A DNA stretch of 63,821 bases, counting the filler, from Octopus bimaculoides (lineage: Eukaryota), in the NCBI RefSeq assembly GCF_001194135.2. It is 5 parts of 5 records of this genome, joined end to end, with 100 filler letters (N's around TTAATTAATTAA, not from the genome) between each part and the next. Parts side by side here need not be neighbours in the genome. Positions count along the whole stretch, not along the records: positions 24,184 to 39,402 come from NC_068982.1; 4 more parts are not named here. One strand, given 5' to 3'. Numbering within the stretch: position 1 is the stretch's first letter; each line of letters starts with the position of its first letter. The position numbers and the translations under genes are program-made. Of this stretch, positions 25,386 through 37,690 are shown piece by piece. The notes under the pieces were generated by a model. The model was given only the letters and a program-made list of their open reading frames with translations, ran no database searches and was not told the DNA's origin.

Positions 25386-25729
25386 GTCGACAATCAATAA
25401 AATAAACACCTGCTATTGAACAGTGATTTAATGTAGTTGTAGTAGGAGGAGGAGGAGTGACTCCCCCCCCCCAAGGAGTGATTTAGCCATTATCAACTGT
25501 TATTAACTGCAACAATACACCATTATTGAGCAGAACAACATTTGACATTGTATACAATATGGTTGTTTACAGGAACGATTAATTTCTATGTTTTCTCAGC
25601 AGCTTAATTGCATTCATCATGTATGGCTTCAATGGTAGCTGTGTGTGTGTGTATACACCAATTCACATCATCTTTTAACATCTTCCATGTGGGCACATCC
25701 ATAATAGTGTGTGTGTGTGTGTGTGTACA

Positions 25730-25861
25730 CAGGAGTGGCTGTGGGGTAAGAAACTTGCTTCCCAACCACATGGTTCCGGGTTCAGTCCCACTGTGTGGCA
25801 CCTTGGGCCGACCAAAACCTTGTGGATGGATTTGGTAAATGGCAACTGAAAGAAGTCTGTC

Positions 25862-25921
<60 letters not shown>

Positions 25922-26150
25922 ATATATGTATGTATATATGTATGTATGTATTTGTATGTCTGTGTTTGTACCCTCCACCATTGCTTGACAACCGACGTTG
26001 GTGTGTTTACGTCCCCATAACATAGCAGTTCGGCAAAAGCGACTGATAGAATAAGCACTAGGCTTACAAAGAATAAATCCTGAGGTGGATTTGTTGGACT
26101 AAAGGCAGTGCTCCAGCATGGCCGCAGTCACATGACTGAAACAAGTAAAA
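25730..26150 (+). mobile_element. Full-length SINE A
   Basis: Head, internal (TG)(TA) tract, and 3' half ending ACTGAAACAAGTAAAAGA. Confidence 0.85.
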
Positions 26151-26337
26151 GAATATATATATATATAAGATGATGATGATAACATATTGTGTTGTGTATA
26201 TGAGGTGGTATTGGCAGCGACCGTGCTCAAATGGTGTTTTTACGTGCCACCGGCACAGGAGCCAGTCCAGTGGCACTGGCAACAACCACGCTCGAATGTT
26301 GTTTTTGACATGCCACCGGCACAGGTGCCAGTAAGAC

Positions 26338-26441
26338 TTAGCAAATCTTATAGAGTGACTCAAGGGCCTTGAGCTTCATGCATTGAAAAGTGCCAATGCA
26401 CAAAATTCTTTGCCCTTGAGTCACTCTCTAACTTGTGCTAA
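26338..26441. repeat. 104-bp foldback inverted repeat
   Basis: Perfect 16-bp arms AGAGTGACTCAAGGGC (26352-26367) / GCCCTTGAGTCACTCT (26412-26427), imperfect extension to ~30 bp, and inner TGCATTG/CAATGCA. Confidence 0.85.
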
Positions 26442-26467
26442 TTATTTATAATAAAAAATACATATGT

Positions 26468-26502
<35 letters not shown>

Positions 26503-27719
26503 TGGCATGGCTTTTTGTGTTAGATGTCCTCCTCCTCCTCCTCCTCACCAACCATTTTACTACGTGTGTCAGGTATGTTTATCATGACTCCAGTGCTAGA
26601 GAGGTTATAATTGGGTGATAAACGAAGCTTATTCTTATTGGTCAGTTTGGGTGACATGTTATATTATTTGGGATTTTGTTACGTTTGCCAATTTCTTTAG
26701 GCTTTGTCCTTATAGTGATGATCTAAAACCAGTCAAAGCTATTCCAGGTTGTTGGTCTGTCTGAGGAGCAGTCGTCAGTCTGGTTCTGTTGGTAATGGTT
26801 GATGATGGGATAGAATTTAGGGGTCGATAATCCATCATAAAATATTTAGCTTCTTTGCTGGATTGGCTGAATTGTTAGGGTCTTTCACTCTATGATTGGA
26901 ACCCTTTATGTTCTGATTTCAAATCCCACCAAAGTCAACTTTGCTGTTTATACCTTCTGGGTTCATGTCAAGTTGATTTGATAATAGATACCTACCCTCA
27001 CTCCAGATGTGTGGACTTGTGTCAGTGTCAGACACCAATATATTACTGGTATTTTCAGATATCTTGGATCACTTTGAAACTTAAATATAAACCTGCTAAT
27101 TTGCATATTCATTGAAAAAGTTGACATCATCAGCAATGTGCAGCCTTTACTGTATTTATTGAAGGGGAAAATCACTACGTAAATATGTGAATCTGTTTAG
27201 TGGTTGGTGTATGTAGAAAAATGGTTTTAAAAGAATATCTAACTCAGGGATGCCATTTGCATCAAACACAATAGTTAAGGCTGTGTCCGTATATTTAGCA
27301 TTGAGAGAATTATTTGTAAAAGAAATTATTTGAAATAATTATGAGGTGAGAATTCCAGTGTGAATATATCAGACTGAATGCTGATGTTGGAGAATGAAGA
27401 ATGTTTAGAAGAGGAGGAGGAGGAGAAAGAGAGACAGCATCGTTACAGGAAATGAAATATTGAATTATCAGTTTGTGTTGTAAACCTAAACAATTCTGCA
27501 AATCTCCATTGCTTCCAACATTCAGTCTCCAGTGACAACAACATGTCCTTCAAGATTCCTTAGCAGAGCCTTTCAAGAGTGTTGACTGCTGCACGGAAAT
27601 GGAAAACAAAATAAAACTGAAAGAAGTGGGGGGGGGGAGAAAGGGTTTACTGTAATCATCTTCTAACCTCTTTTGTTCTATTCTAACACATCTTTTCCTT
27701 TATCAGAACACAAACTTAC

Positions 27720-27760
27720 CAAAGAAGAAAGAAGAAGCTTTATTAAAATCCATGTTGGAA
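27720..27760 (-). other. Candidate 41-nt internal exon
   Basis: TTCCAG|TTCCAAC...TTCTTTG|GTAAGT, followed by a 131-nt intron ending TTTTCCATTTCCGTGCAG at 27589. Confidence 0.4.
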
Positions 27761-28502
27761 CTGGAATTATATTCAATTTAAGATGAAATTTCAAAAGTGT
27801 TCAATATGATGTTCTTTGGTTACCTGTTATTGTTGATTTGACTCGAGTTCATTCTTATTCCAGGTAGAATTTATGTGGGGAGCAGATTACCACCTGTAAC
27901 CTCGGGTAACCATAAGCTTTCAATAGTCTGTCTCCTGATAATCTTTCCCGTCCCTAAAAGGCAAATTTTTTATGGGAGCTCTACAGGACATTCTACTCCA
28001 ATCCCCTTCAACCATTTCTTTTCTATCTTTGCTCACAGTTCCCAAGGCACCCAATTATTACAGGCACAACTTTTACACTTTTCATATTCCAAATTCTTAC
28101 AATTTCAAATTTTAAGGGATTGCATTTTCTACTTCTGAATACACTTTTCTAAGCAGGAGGAAAGAAATTGGAAGAGGGAACTTTCCCATGCCTTGGTGAT
28201 GGCAGAGTAATTTGTGATTTTTGTGTGGGCTTTATCCTGGATTACCCTAAGTGGACTGCCCCACTATTGGGGATTCTATTTATTTATTTATTATTTATTT
28301 ATATCTCTACTTTCTATTATATTTCTTTTGTTATATCTTTTAATGTGGCAGTATCTCTCATTGATTGATGTTAACCCCACATGTAGTTTTTGTAATTTTT
28401 TGTACTGTAACTTGTCCTTTGATATTGTCCTCCATGTCTTGGACCCTTGTGGCCAATAAAAGAAATCATCATCATCATCATCATCATCATTATTATTATT
28501 AT

Positions 28503-29880
28503 GTGAGGAAAACTCACGGCTTATTTTGCTGGACGGAAAGTGTCAGCAGAGTAACGTGACACTTGTTTACTGGTCATGCTTCAAGGACCCTGCAAAGAAT
28601 TCTTGCACCAGTTTTTTTCAGCCATGCTGATAATTGAGTGTTGATTCCTCCAAGTGCACCAATTACCATTGGTTTCACATCTACTCCCTTCACTGACCAC
28701 AATCTTCGTATTTCTCACTTCAGATCATCATAGTTGTTTATTTTTGCTTCTTCTTTCACATTGATCCTGCTGTCGCCAGGACATGCTCTGTCGATTATCG
28801 TACATGTTCTTTCTTTTCTATTCACCACAATAATATCCAGTTTCTGATGTCTGGTTTGGTGATCACACTGGATCATTGCGTCCCACAGGATTTGGCAATT
28901 CTCATTTTCGGTGACTGTTTCTGGAGTTTGTTCATACCACATCTTGGTATTTGGCCAATCCGATTGTGGTGGTTTTGTACGTAAGTTCAAGCTGGATCAA
29001 GCCTCGACCTCCCTGAGCTCTGGGAAGGTAAAGACGATCCACGTCTGCCTTTGGATGGTGCACCTTATTGCAAGTCAGTAGCTTGCGGATTTTTCTATCA
29101 ATCTTCATTATTTCACTGGTATTCCAGTTAAGCACATTGAAGCTATAAAGAACAACTGGGACTGCTAAGGAATTTATGGCTAACACCTTATTATATGCAT
29201 TCAGCTCAGACTTCAGAACTGCTCGAACTCTTCTATAACATTCCTTCCTAACCTTCTCTTTCATGCTTGCATGCTGGATACCAGAGCCTTCATTTATTCC
29301 TAGGTATTTATAGGTTTGTTCCTGCTCAAGTTCCTTTATTACTGTTTCAACATCTAATTCTATTGAACTTGACTTTACCAGTTTCCCTTTCTTAAAAGTG
29401 GTTTTGGCACACTTTTCAAGGCCAAACTCCATCCTGATATCATCACTGAATTCTTTCACAGTANNNNNNNNNNAGCTATAAAGAACAACTGGGACTGCTA
29501 AGGAATTTATGGCTAACACCTTATTATATGCATTCAGCTCAGACTTCAGAACTGCTCGAACTCTTCTATAACATTCCTTCCTAACCTTCTCTTTCATGCT
29601 TGCATGCTGGATACCAGAGCCTTCATTTATTCCTAGGTATTTATAGGTTTGTTCCTGCTCAAGTTCCTTTATTACTGTTTCAACATCTAATTCTATTGAA
29701 CTTGACTTTACCAGTTTCCCTTTCTTAAAAGTGGTTTTGGCACACTTTTCAAGGCCAAACTCCATCCTGATATCATCACTGAATTCTTTCACAGTATGTA
29801 ATAGTCCTTGAAGCTCTTCATCATCTTTGCCATATAGTTTTAAATCATCCATATAAAACAGATGGCTTATTTTCCTTTTA
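28503..29880 (-). mobile_element. R4/Dong-like RLE LINE fragment (RT plus RLE, internally deleted) between (TAA)n tracts
   Basis: KISHLFYMDDLKLY...FGLEKCAK...YKYLGI...DRLYLPRAQGGRGL, then ILWDAMIQCDH...KLDIIVVN...IIDRACPGD...KINNYDDLK. TAA repeats at both ends. Confidence 0.9.
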
Positions 29881-30101
29881 TTATTATTATTGTTATCATC
29901 GTCATTATTATTTGTTTGGCTTTTGTCAAATCTCATCCAGAGACCTCAAGAGACAAGTTAGAAGTTCATGTTGGTATTATGACCAGGGTGCCATATATTT
30001 GGTTTTGCCCAGAGTATTGTTATAGAAAATGTTTCTGGAGAATGTCTGTCAAAGCATAAGAAAATTAGAAGTTTGTTTTACAAGTAATTTGTTGTTATTA
30101 T

Positions 30102-30318
30102 TAAGGCAGCAAGTTGGCAGAATCATTAACATGCCAGGAAAAATGTTTGGCGGCAGATCGTCTGTTGCTGTGTTCTGAGTTCAAATTTCACCAAGATGGA
30201 CTTTGCCTTTCATCCTTTTAGAGTTGATAAAATAAGTACAAGTTGAGCACTGGGGTCATTGTAACTGACTTACCCCTTCCTCACTTAAGATTGCTGGCTT
30301 TGTGCTAAAATTTGAAAC

Positions 30319-30320
<2 letters not shown>
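30102..30320 (+). mobile_element. SINE B flanked by (ATT)n
   Basis: AAGGCAGCAAGTTGGCAGAATC...GAGTTCAAATTTC...TTTGAAACC(ATT)n. Confidence 0.8.
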
Positions 30321-30372
<52 letters not shown>

Positions 30373-31087
30373 TGAGCGAGAAAGCTGTGCATGCCATCAA
30401 AGTGACACTGGGGTAAAATATACGAAGCCCAGTATACCCATCATGACTACCCGTCTGATAAGGGTACACCAGGCACATGCATTACAACCATATGTGTGCA
30501 AGATGGTGATCTCATATCAAGATAAACAGCNNNNNNNNNNNNNNNNNNNNNNNNNNNNNNNNNNNNNNNNNNNNNNNNNNNNNNNNNNNNNNNNNNNNNN
30601 NNNNNNNNNNNNNNNNNNNNNNNNNNNNNNNNNNNNNNNNNNNNNNNNNNNNNNNNNNNNNNNNNNNNNNNNNNNNNNNNNNNNNNNNNNNNNNNNNNNN
30701 NNNNNNNNNNNNNNNNNNNNNNNNNNNNNNNNNNNNNNNNNNNNNNNNNNNNNNNNNNNNNNNNNNNNNNNNNNNNNNNNNNNNNNNNNNNNNNNNNNNN
30801 NNNNNNNNNNNNNNNNNNNNNNNNNNNNNNNNNNNNNNNNNNNNNNNNNNNNNNNNNNNNNNNNNNNNNNNNNNNNNNNNNNNNNNNNNNNNNNNNNNNN
30901 NNNNNNNNNNNNNNNNNNNNNNNNNNNNNNNNNNNNNNNNNNNNNNNNNNNNNNNNNNNNNNNNNNNNNNNNNNNNNNNNNNNNNNNNNNNNNNNNNNNN
31001 NNNNNNNNNNNNNNNNNNNNNNNNNNNNNNNNNNNNNNNNNNNNNNNNNNNNNNNTATTATTATTATCATTATTATTATTATTATTA

Positions 31088-31143
<56 letters not shown>

Positions 31144-31146
31144 ATT

Positions 31147-31318
31147 AAGGTGGCAAGCTGGCAGAATCGTTAGCACATCGGTTAAAATACTTTGTGGTAT
31201 TTCATCCATCCTTACGTTCTGCCAAGGTCAACTTTGTCTTTCATCCTTTTGGGGTCAGTGTAATCAACTAGTTCCCTACCCCCAAATTTCATGCCTTGTG
31301 CCTATAGTAGAAAGGATT
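31147..31318 (+). mobile_element. SINE B flanked by (ATT)n
   Basis: AAGGTGGCAAGCTGGCAGAATCGTTAGC...GAAAGG(ATT)n. Confidence 0.75.
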
Positions 31319-31826
31319 ATTATTATTATTATTATTATTATTAATCTCTAACAGCTTTACTTTAGTTGGGGTGAGTTTTAAGAAGAACACAGCTAAGGCA
31401 GTCACAGTAATCCTTCTTTTTTTGTGGTGCCCTGATTAGTCCTGAGATGGCTGTCCTCTTATTGAAGTAACTAACTTCATTCCTTCCCCTTTCTGCTGTT
31501 TTTCATTCCTGTTTATATTTCTATGGAAACCTGTGCAATTTTTATAATTTATCCTAATAATGGCTTTGCTTTCATTGCCTGTGTGGAAAATAGTGATGTT
31601 TTTGTTCAATTTATGCTACACATGTTTTGATAGCAGGCAATTTATTTGCACACAGTGTATTACATAATATGAAATTAGATTATGCAGTATGAGTTATGTA
31701 ATCTCATTATATCATACATTGTGTGCAAATAAATTGATATGTTATTGAAACATATGTAACATAAATTGAACAAAAACATTATTATTCATTTTTACTTATT
31801 TACATCACACAAGTGTTGTTACTTAC

Positions 31827-31953
31827 ATTGGATTTGCAGAGTGCCTAATAATAGTTGCCAAGTTAATATTGCACCGCTTACTCCTCCGACTGGTCGAGAC
31901 TTGGAATATTCATCAGGATTCCTCTTGAGTACTCTCCCATCCAAATACACATG
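31827..31953 (-). other. Candidate 127-nt exon (one open frame, HVYLDGRVLKRNPDEYSKSRPVGGVSGAILTWQLLLGTLQIQ)
   Basis: CCTCCAG| acceptor, |GTAAGT donor, GC-richer than its flanks, non-repetitive. Protein not recognised. Confidence 0.45.
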
Positions 31954-34080
31954 CTGGAGGCGAATTTTTTTGGAAGTTGAATTTGTTTTCTTGGATTTTG
32001 GAAAGAGTGTGTTTTGGGAGTTGTGATTTGAGATGTTCTTTCTCATTTAAATCCAACTCCAAAACATTATTTTCGACTACCTCACACACACACACACATA
32101 CACATATGTAAAAGGTATGAATTTTCTATTATGATGAATCTCCCAAAAGGAGGAAAGCACTAAATGAATAGTTTTTATCCAAATCCTGACCACCTCTTCA
32201 TCTATAAAATCCGTACACCACTCCAAACACTCTATGCACACATGCATACATATATATGTGTTTGTGTGTTAATAATTGTTTTTATGTTCAATTTTAATAA
32301 AAGCAATTTTACATTTAGTCTGATGGGTTACTTTGTACTTTTGTAGAGTACAAATTTATTATTCTTAAACAAGAATATTATTGACAGTGACTTCGAAGTT
32401 ACAGCCAGTTAAGCCATTATCAGACTAAAATCGTTTGTATATATGTATAGACGTGTGTGTGTGAGTGCAGAAAATACTGCTCCAGTCTGGCCTTGGTTGT
32501 GATGTTTAAAAGAAACTAAAGAACTGTGTGTCTGCTTGTATGGGTTTGTGTGTGTGTGTGTGTGTGACTGTATGTGTGTGTGTGAATATATGTTGGTACG
32601 TGTGTGTGCGAATGGTTTAGTGATACAAACAGGAAAATAGAACTGAAAACACCATTTGAAACCAGTTTGATAAATGGCAAAGCATGAAACTTTCATTCTT
32701 TGAGTCACTCTCTGACTTCTGTTGATTAATCATAAAAAGAGATGTGTACAAAGGTGGGTATGCAAATGTGCGCACACCCATTCGTGTGTGTGTGTGTGTG
32801 TGTGTTATTTTGGCAAACCTGCTTGTTTTGATATCCTCATTTCACAAGTAAACCATATATTTATCTGTCACTTGCTTTCCATGGACTTATCACTACTGCT
32901 GCTGCTGCTGTTGTTGGTGGTGGTGGTGGTAGTGACGGTGATGGTGATGGTGATGGTGATGATGATGTATATACATTTTTAACTTTCCCCCCTTTTTTTT
33001 CGTCTTCCCTTCCAGTCTCTCTCTGCTATGGCTTCCACAGTACCCTGGGTACCCCAGTATTTACCTGTTTATCACAAATACCCCTCACCTCCTTTACAAC
33101 CCTCTTCTCCTGCTACACCCTGTAGTATTTCACTGTAATATAAACAACCACCATTTGGGTGGTGGTGGTGGTGGAGGGCGTATTTCTTGTAGGAAGGAAA
33201 AACAACAGTTGTTCAGCTTACCTAACTAGATTGATGTATGGTGGTGGCGGTGGTGGTGGTGGGAGGTGATGATGATGCTGGTGTTGGTGGTGGTGGTGGA
33301 AATGGTTTCTTTTATAATAAAATGAGTTTCATGCTGCTGTTGATGTTTAATCTCAGTACAAGCCTATAAATCAAAGCTGTTCCAGCCATGACCATCCCAT
33401 CTATCTTCACAAAGTGTAAGTATAGCCACTACTACTACTTCTAGATTACATAATATATTCTATTTCTAAGGCAATTGGGTGTAATTTGATGGAGAATTAG
33501 CTGTTATTTCTAGCAGTTTGAATGACTTTGTGTTGTAGGGATATCAGCCCCAGCTGGGTTACTTAAAGGGATTAAAGTAGAGGTTAGTGGTAACCCCTCA
33601 TCCTTTGTTTCTTCATCATCCCCTCCCCACCTCCAGTGACCCTTTAAATCCCATTGCTCATTGTGTGGCCCCTTTTGTCACTGAACCATGACAAAAAGGT
33701 TAAAAACTCAAGTCCAATAGTTGCTCCTTTCTGTTATATTTATTTCACTAAAGTTTGTGAGAAAGGCATGAATGTCACAGCACCGCATTTACCTCTAGAA
33801 CTGAGTTATGCAATGTAGAGACTGTTACATAGTCACCCAACTTGCTAGAAATAACAACCAAGTCTCCCTCAAATCACCACCTAATTTCTGAAAAAGTAAC
33901 AGACATAGTGGACAGTATGGCTTTGGATGTTGAAAAGACAGATGGCCCTGGTTAGAATGTCTTTTGATTTTAAGTCTGGTGGTGTAAAACTAACCTTGGG
34001 TTAAACAACAATGTTGAAATGGGAACATTGCCAAAGTGTTTAGTTTGTTTCTCACCTGGAAAACACTTAACTCCATATGG

Positions 34081-34134
<54 letters not shown>

Positions 34135-34147
34135 NNNNNNNNNNCAC

Positions 34148-34197
<50 letters not shown>

Positions 34198-34423
34198 ATA
34201 TTACATGCCTACATATATGCCCTCAGTACACAGGTAGTGTGATGTGAAAGAGACAGAGATATGATAGGACAGCAAATTGGTGAAGGAAGTGGAGGGGGAG
34301 GGATGAGTGATAGATGAGAGTAATGGGGAGAGGAGGAGGAGGAGAATTGTAAACAGAAAGTTTATATTAATAGTCAGGAGATATCCAAATATTATATACC
34401 TCAATGAATGTCCACCACCACCA

Positions 34424-34462
<39 letters not shown>

Positions 34463-34809
34463 CATGTGTGTGTATGCATGTGTGTGTATTCATGTACACC
34501 TGTGTGTGCATGTATGGATTATTTATACACGAGTGTGTAGACACACACAAACATAAATAAGTCGCTTGTACATTCCATTTTTAGCATGGATTCTATTGCT
34601 GGATGCCTTTTCTAACACCAACCATGTTACTGAGTTCATTGGGTGCATGTTATTGTGGCACCAGCACCAGAGAGGTTGTCCTGTTTCTGCTAAGACCAAA
34701 GAAGCTGCTTTACTCTATGTTGTCTGTGCTTATCTTTATCCCATGATGTCTATGTAACTAAGTGTAAAGGAATAGCTTATGAGGGCCATGCAAGCCATGT
34801 GCACAGAGA

Positions 34810-35450
34810 GACGCTAGGTGAGAGTTAGGAATAAGAAACTTAGCATGCAGATAGGCATCCAACAGGGTTTGGATCTTAGCCCCTTTCTTTTTTCATCATA
34901 GTCTCTCCAGGTCATAGCAGAAGGGTTTAAGATTGGTTTTCCGCAAGGAACTTTGTATGCCATTTGAGAGGCCTGAAGTAAACCTACAATAAACAAAAAC
35001 ATTTAACAGCAAAGCAAGGCAGGACTCTATCGGGGAAGTTGTTACGGTGGGTATTCAGAGGTGGTAGGAATTCCATACGGTGTACACAATATAAACTGTC
35101 TGAACTGAAGAGATGTGGTGGGGGCCAGAGGAAGCTGGAGAAAGGAGTTGGGGGATTGTATGTGACAGGTGGACAGGTGTGGTTAATGGTGAGAACAACC
35201 CTTAAAAGTAATTAACAGCTTGGGTTCTTTAGGGAACCTAATTAGGGGCTGATACAGGACTTGAATAGAAATTGTTCAGTGAGATGTTATAACTCAAAGT
35301 GCTGGGTCGGCTGAATGATGCTTGTGTACAAAGAGTGTCATTGCATTGTTGTGAGTCATGTGGCATGGAACATGGAACAACATGTGAAAGTGGGAAAGAA
35401 ATTAAATGCGAATGTTCCGCTGGATGACGAATGAAGCACAAATGGACTGC
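34810..35450 (+). mobile_element. Degenerate RTE RT fragment
   Basis: QIGIQQGLDLSP...IIV...EGFKIGFP...LYA, and later GRLNDACVQ, matching RTE RT. Confidence 0.55.
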
Positions 35451-36534
35451 GACAAAATCTGAGTATAAAAGCAGAATTAGGGTTAGGGTTAGAAAGAGAG
35501 AAGACTGAGTTGGAACCGATCACCTTCTCTCTCTCTCTCTCTCTCTCTCTTATACTCACCATTTTTACCTTGAAAGTTTGCTCCCACACCCTGTCACCAC
35601 CATCTTCATCTTCTTTCCAGTTACTACTGCCCACCCTTATGTAATGCAGAGTAGCCATGTGTCTCTTCTGGAGCAAAATACCTGTACCTGCCCCTCTGTT
35701 GTACTTTAGCCTTTCAAAACCTGGCATGGAGCCACCTCCACCTTCCTCAAGTAACCACTCCAACCAACCCTCAATCAATGGTGCTTTTCTTTCCTTATTT
35801 TGCAAGTTATTTGGTGACCTCACTGCAGCTGGTGCCACATCAAAAGCATCCAGTCCATGCTGCAAAGAGGTTGACTTTAGGAAGGACACCCAGCCATAGA
35901 ATCCATGCCAAAGCTGACATTGGAGTTTGGCTTAGCCCTGTAGTCTATTGGGTTCTGTCAAACCATCCAGCTCGTGTGGACATGGAAAAGAGATGTTAAA
36001 TGATGATAATCATGTGTATGGAAAACATTGTTGCATAAAAACATGTCAAAAAATTGAAGTGGAAGCAACCTGTAAAAGATGAAGACCAAGGTAGATATTG
36101 GAAGAAATAGTGGAAGCCGAGTCTCATAATGTTGTATTTGATAAATGAAATGACCACAGACTATAACCAGTAGTGAGCTGTTGGGGGTGGAGAAGTCTCT
36201 TTCAATCCATACCAGCATGGAAAAGCAGATGTGATATACATACCTGTGTGTGTGTATGTGTATTGTGTGTGTGTGTGTGTGTATGTGTATTGTTTGTGAA
36301 GTCTGCTTTTCCATGTTTGCATGGATCAGATGGAATTTGTTGAGATAGATATTCTATGGCCAGATGCCCTTTCTGGCACCATCCTTGACCTGTTTCCAAG
36401 CAAAGGTAATATTTCCCTATGGTTAGACATTTTTAACAGAATATTGGAAAGGAATCACATTCATTTACAACATTATTCCATGGCAAAATAAGAAGACACA
36501 AACATATATACACATACATATACGCACATATACA

Positions 36535-36680
36535 ATGAGCTCCTTCCAATTTTCTTCTACTAGATCCACTCAAGGTTTTGGTCAGCCCAGGGCTATAGTA
36601 CAAGACTTGTCCAAGGTGCCAGTGGGACTGAACCTGGAACCATGTGGTTGGGAAACAAACCTCTTGCCACACAGCCACAC
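36535..36680 (-). mobile_element. SINE A head
   Basis: Reverse complement of the family A head. Confidence 0.75.
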
Positions 36681-36978
36681 ACACATGCGTGCACGCATGT
36701 GTGTGTGTGTGTGTGTGTAGGCAGACAGGCAACCTCACTAGTGTTGATGTCATGAAAAAATATCAGCGAGTGAAGTAATTTGTGAACAAGAGACAAGAGA
36801 GTGTAAAGAGGAGCTTTTAGCGTATCTCTTGTGTTGGTGCCATAAAAGACATGGTGCCAGTGCCCTCCCTCTGTAAAATGGTTGGTGTTAGGATGGACAT
36901 CCAGCCATAACTGAAACATTTGTGTCAGATATAGCGCACACACACACTTGTACATATGTGCTGTTTGTACACACACAC

Positions 36979-37022
<44 letters not shown>

Positions 37023-37277
37023 GACGTATATATTCACAGATGAAAGCATGACTTTATATAAATGCATTTATAGGTGTTAATCAATACATTATTGAATATA
37101 GATCCACAAACAGACAGACAGACAGATACATAATTGATAATTGGCACACAGACTGATGGATTTTGTGATAGTTAACAATCTGAGAGAAAGAGAAAGAGAA
37201 CAGCTGTTATCAACATTTGTTCATAATCAAACTTGTAAAGTGACATCAGCTGAAGGAGAAAAGAAAAAGTCAATATA

Positions 37278-37430
37278 GGCACAGGAGTGGCTGTGTGGTA
37301 AGTAGCTTGGTCCCCAACCACATGGTTCCAGGTTCAGTCCCAATGTGTAGCTCTTTGGGCAAGTGTCTTCTACTATAGCCTTGGGCTGACCAAAGCCTTG
37401 CAAGTGGATTTGGTAGACAGAAACTGTCTA
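37278..37430 (+). mobile_element. SINE A head
   Basis: GGCACAGGAGTGGCTGTGTGGTAAG...GGTTCAGTCCC...TTGGGCAAGTG. Confidence 0.8.
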
Positions 37431-37455
37431 ACCCTAATCCTAACCCTCGTATATA

Positions 37456-37690
37456 TCATCATCATCATCGTCATTTAACGTCCGCTTTCCATGCTAGCAT
37501 GGGTTGGACGATTTGACTGGGGACTGGCAAACCAGATGGCTACACCAGGCTCCAATCTGATTTGGCAGAGTTTCTACAGCTGGATGCCCTTCCTAACGCC
37601 AACCACTCCAAGAGTGTAGTGGGTGCTTTTACATGCCACCAGCACGAAGGCCAGTCAGGCAGTACTGGCAACGGCCACGCTCAAATGGTG
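37456..37690 (-). mobile_element. RTE LINE 3' end
   Basis: Reverse complement of the 22269-22478 tail with scattered substitutions and an (ATC)n tail. Confidence 0.85.

Noticed and set aside
29141-29796. Exact 323-bp direct duplication inside the RT ORF (29141-29463 and 29474-29796)
   Set aside because: The copies are identical and separated by a 10-N gap, so this is almost certainly an unmerged contig overlap. The 334-aa ORF is inflated by it.
35475-35492. TTAGGG-like hexamers (also near 5103 and 37431)
   Set aside because: Only two or so units; not an interstitial telomeric array.
35356-35889. 177-aa minus-strand ORF with a GTGAGT donor
   Set aside because: Most of it resembles the dispersed repeat at 38590-38900 and it runs through (GA)n; repeat-derived.
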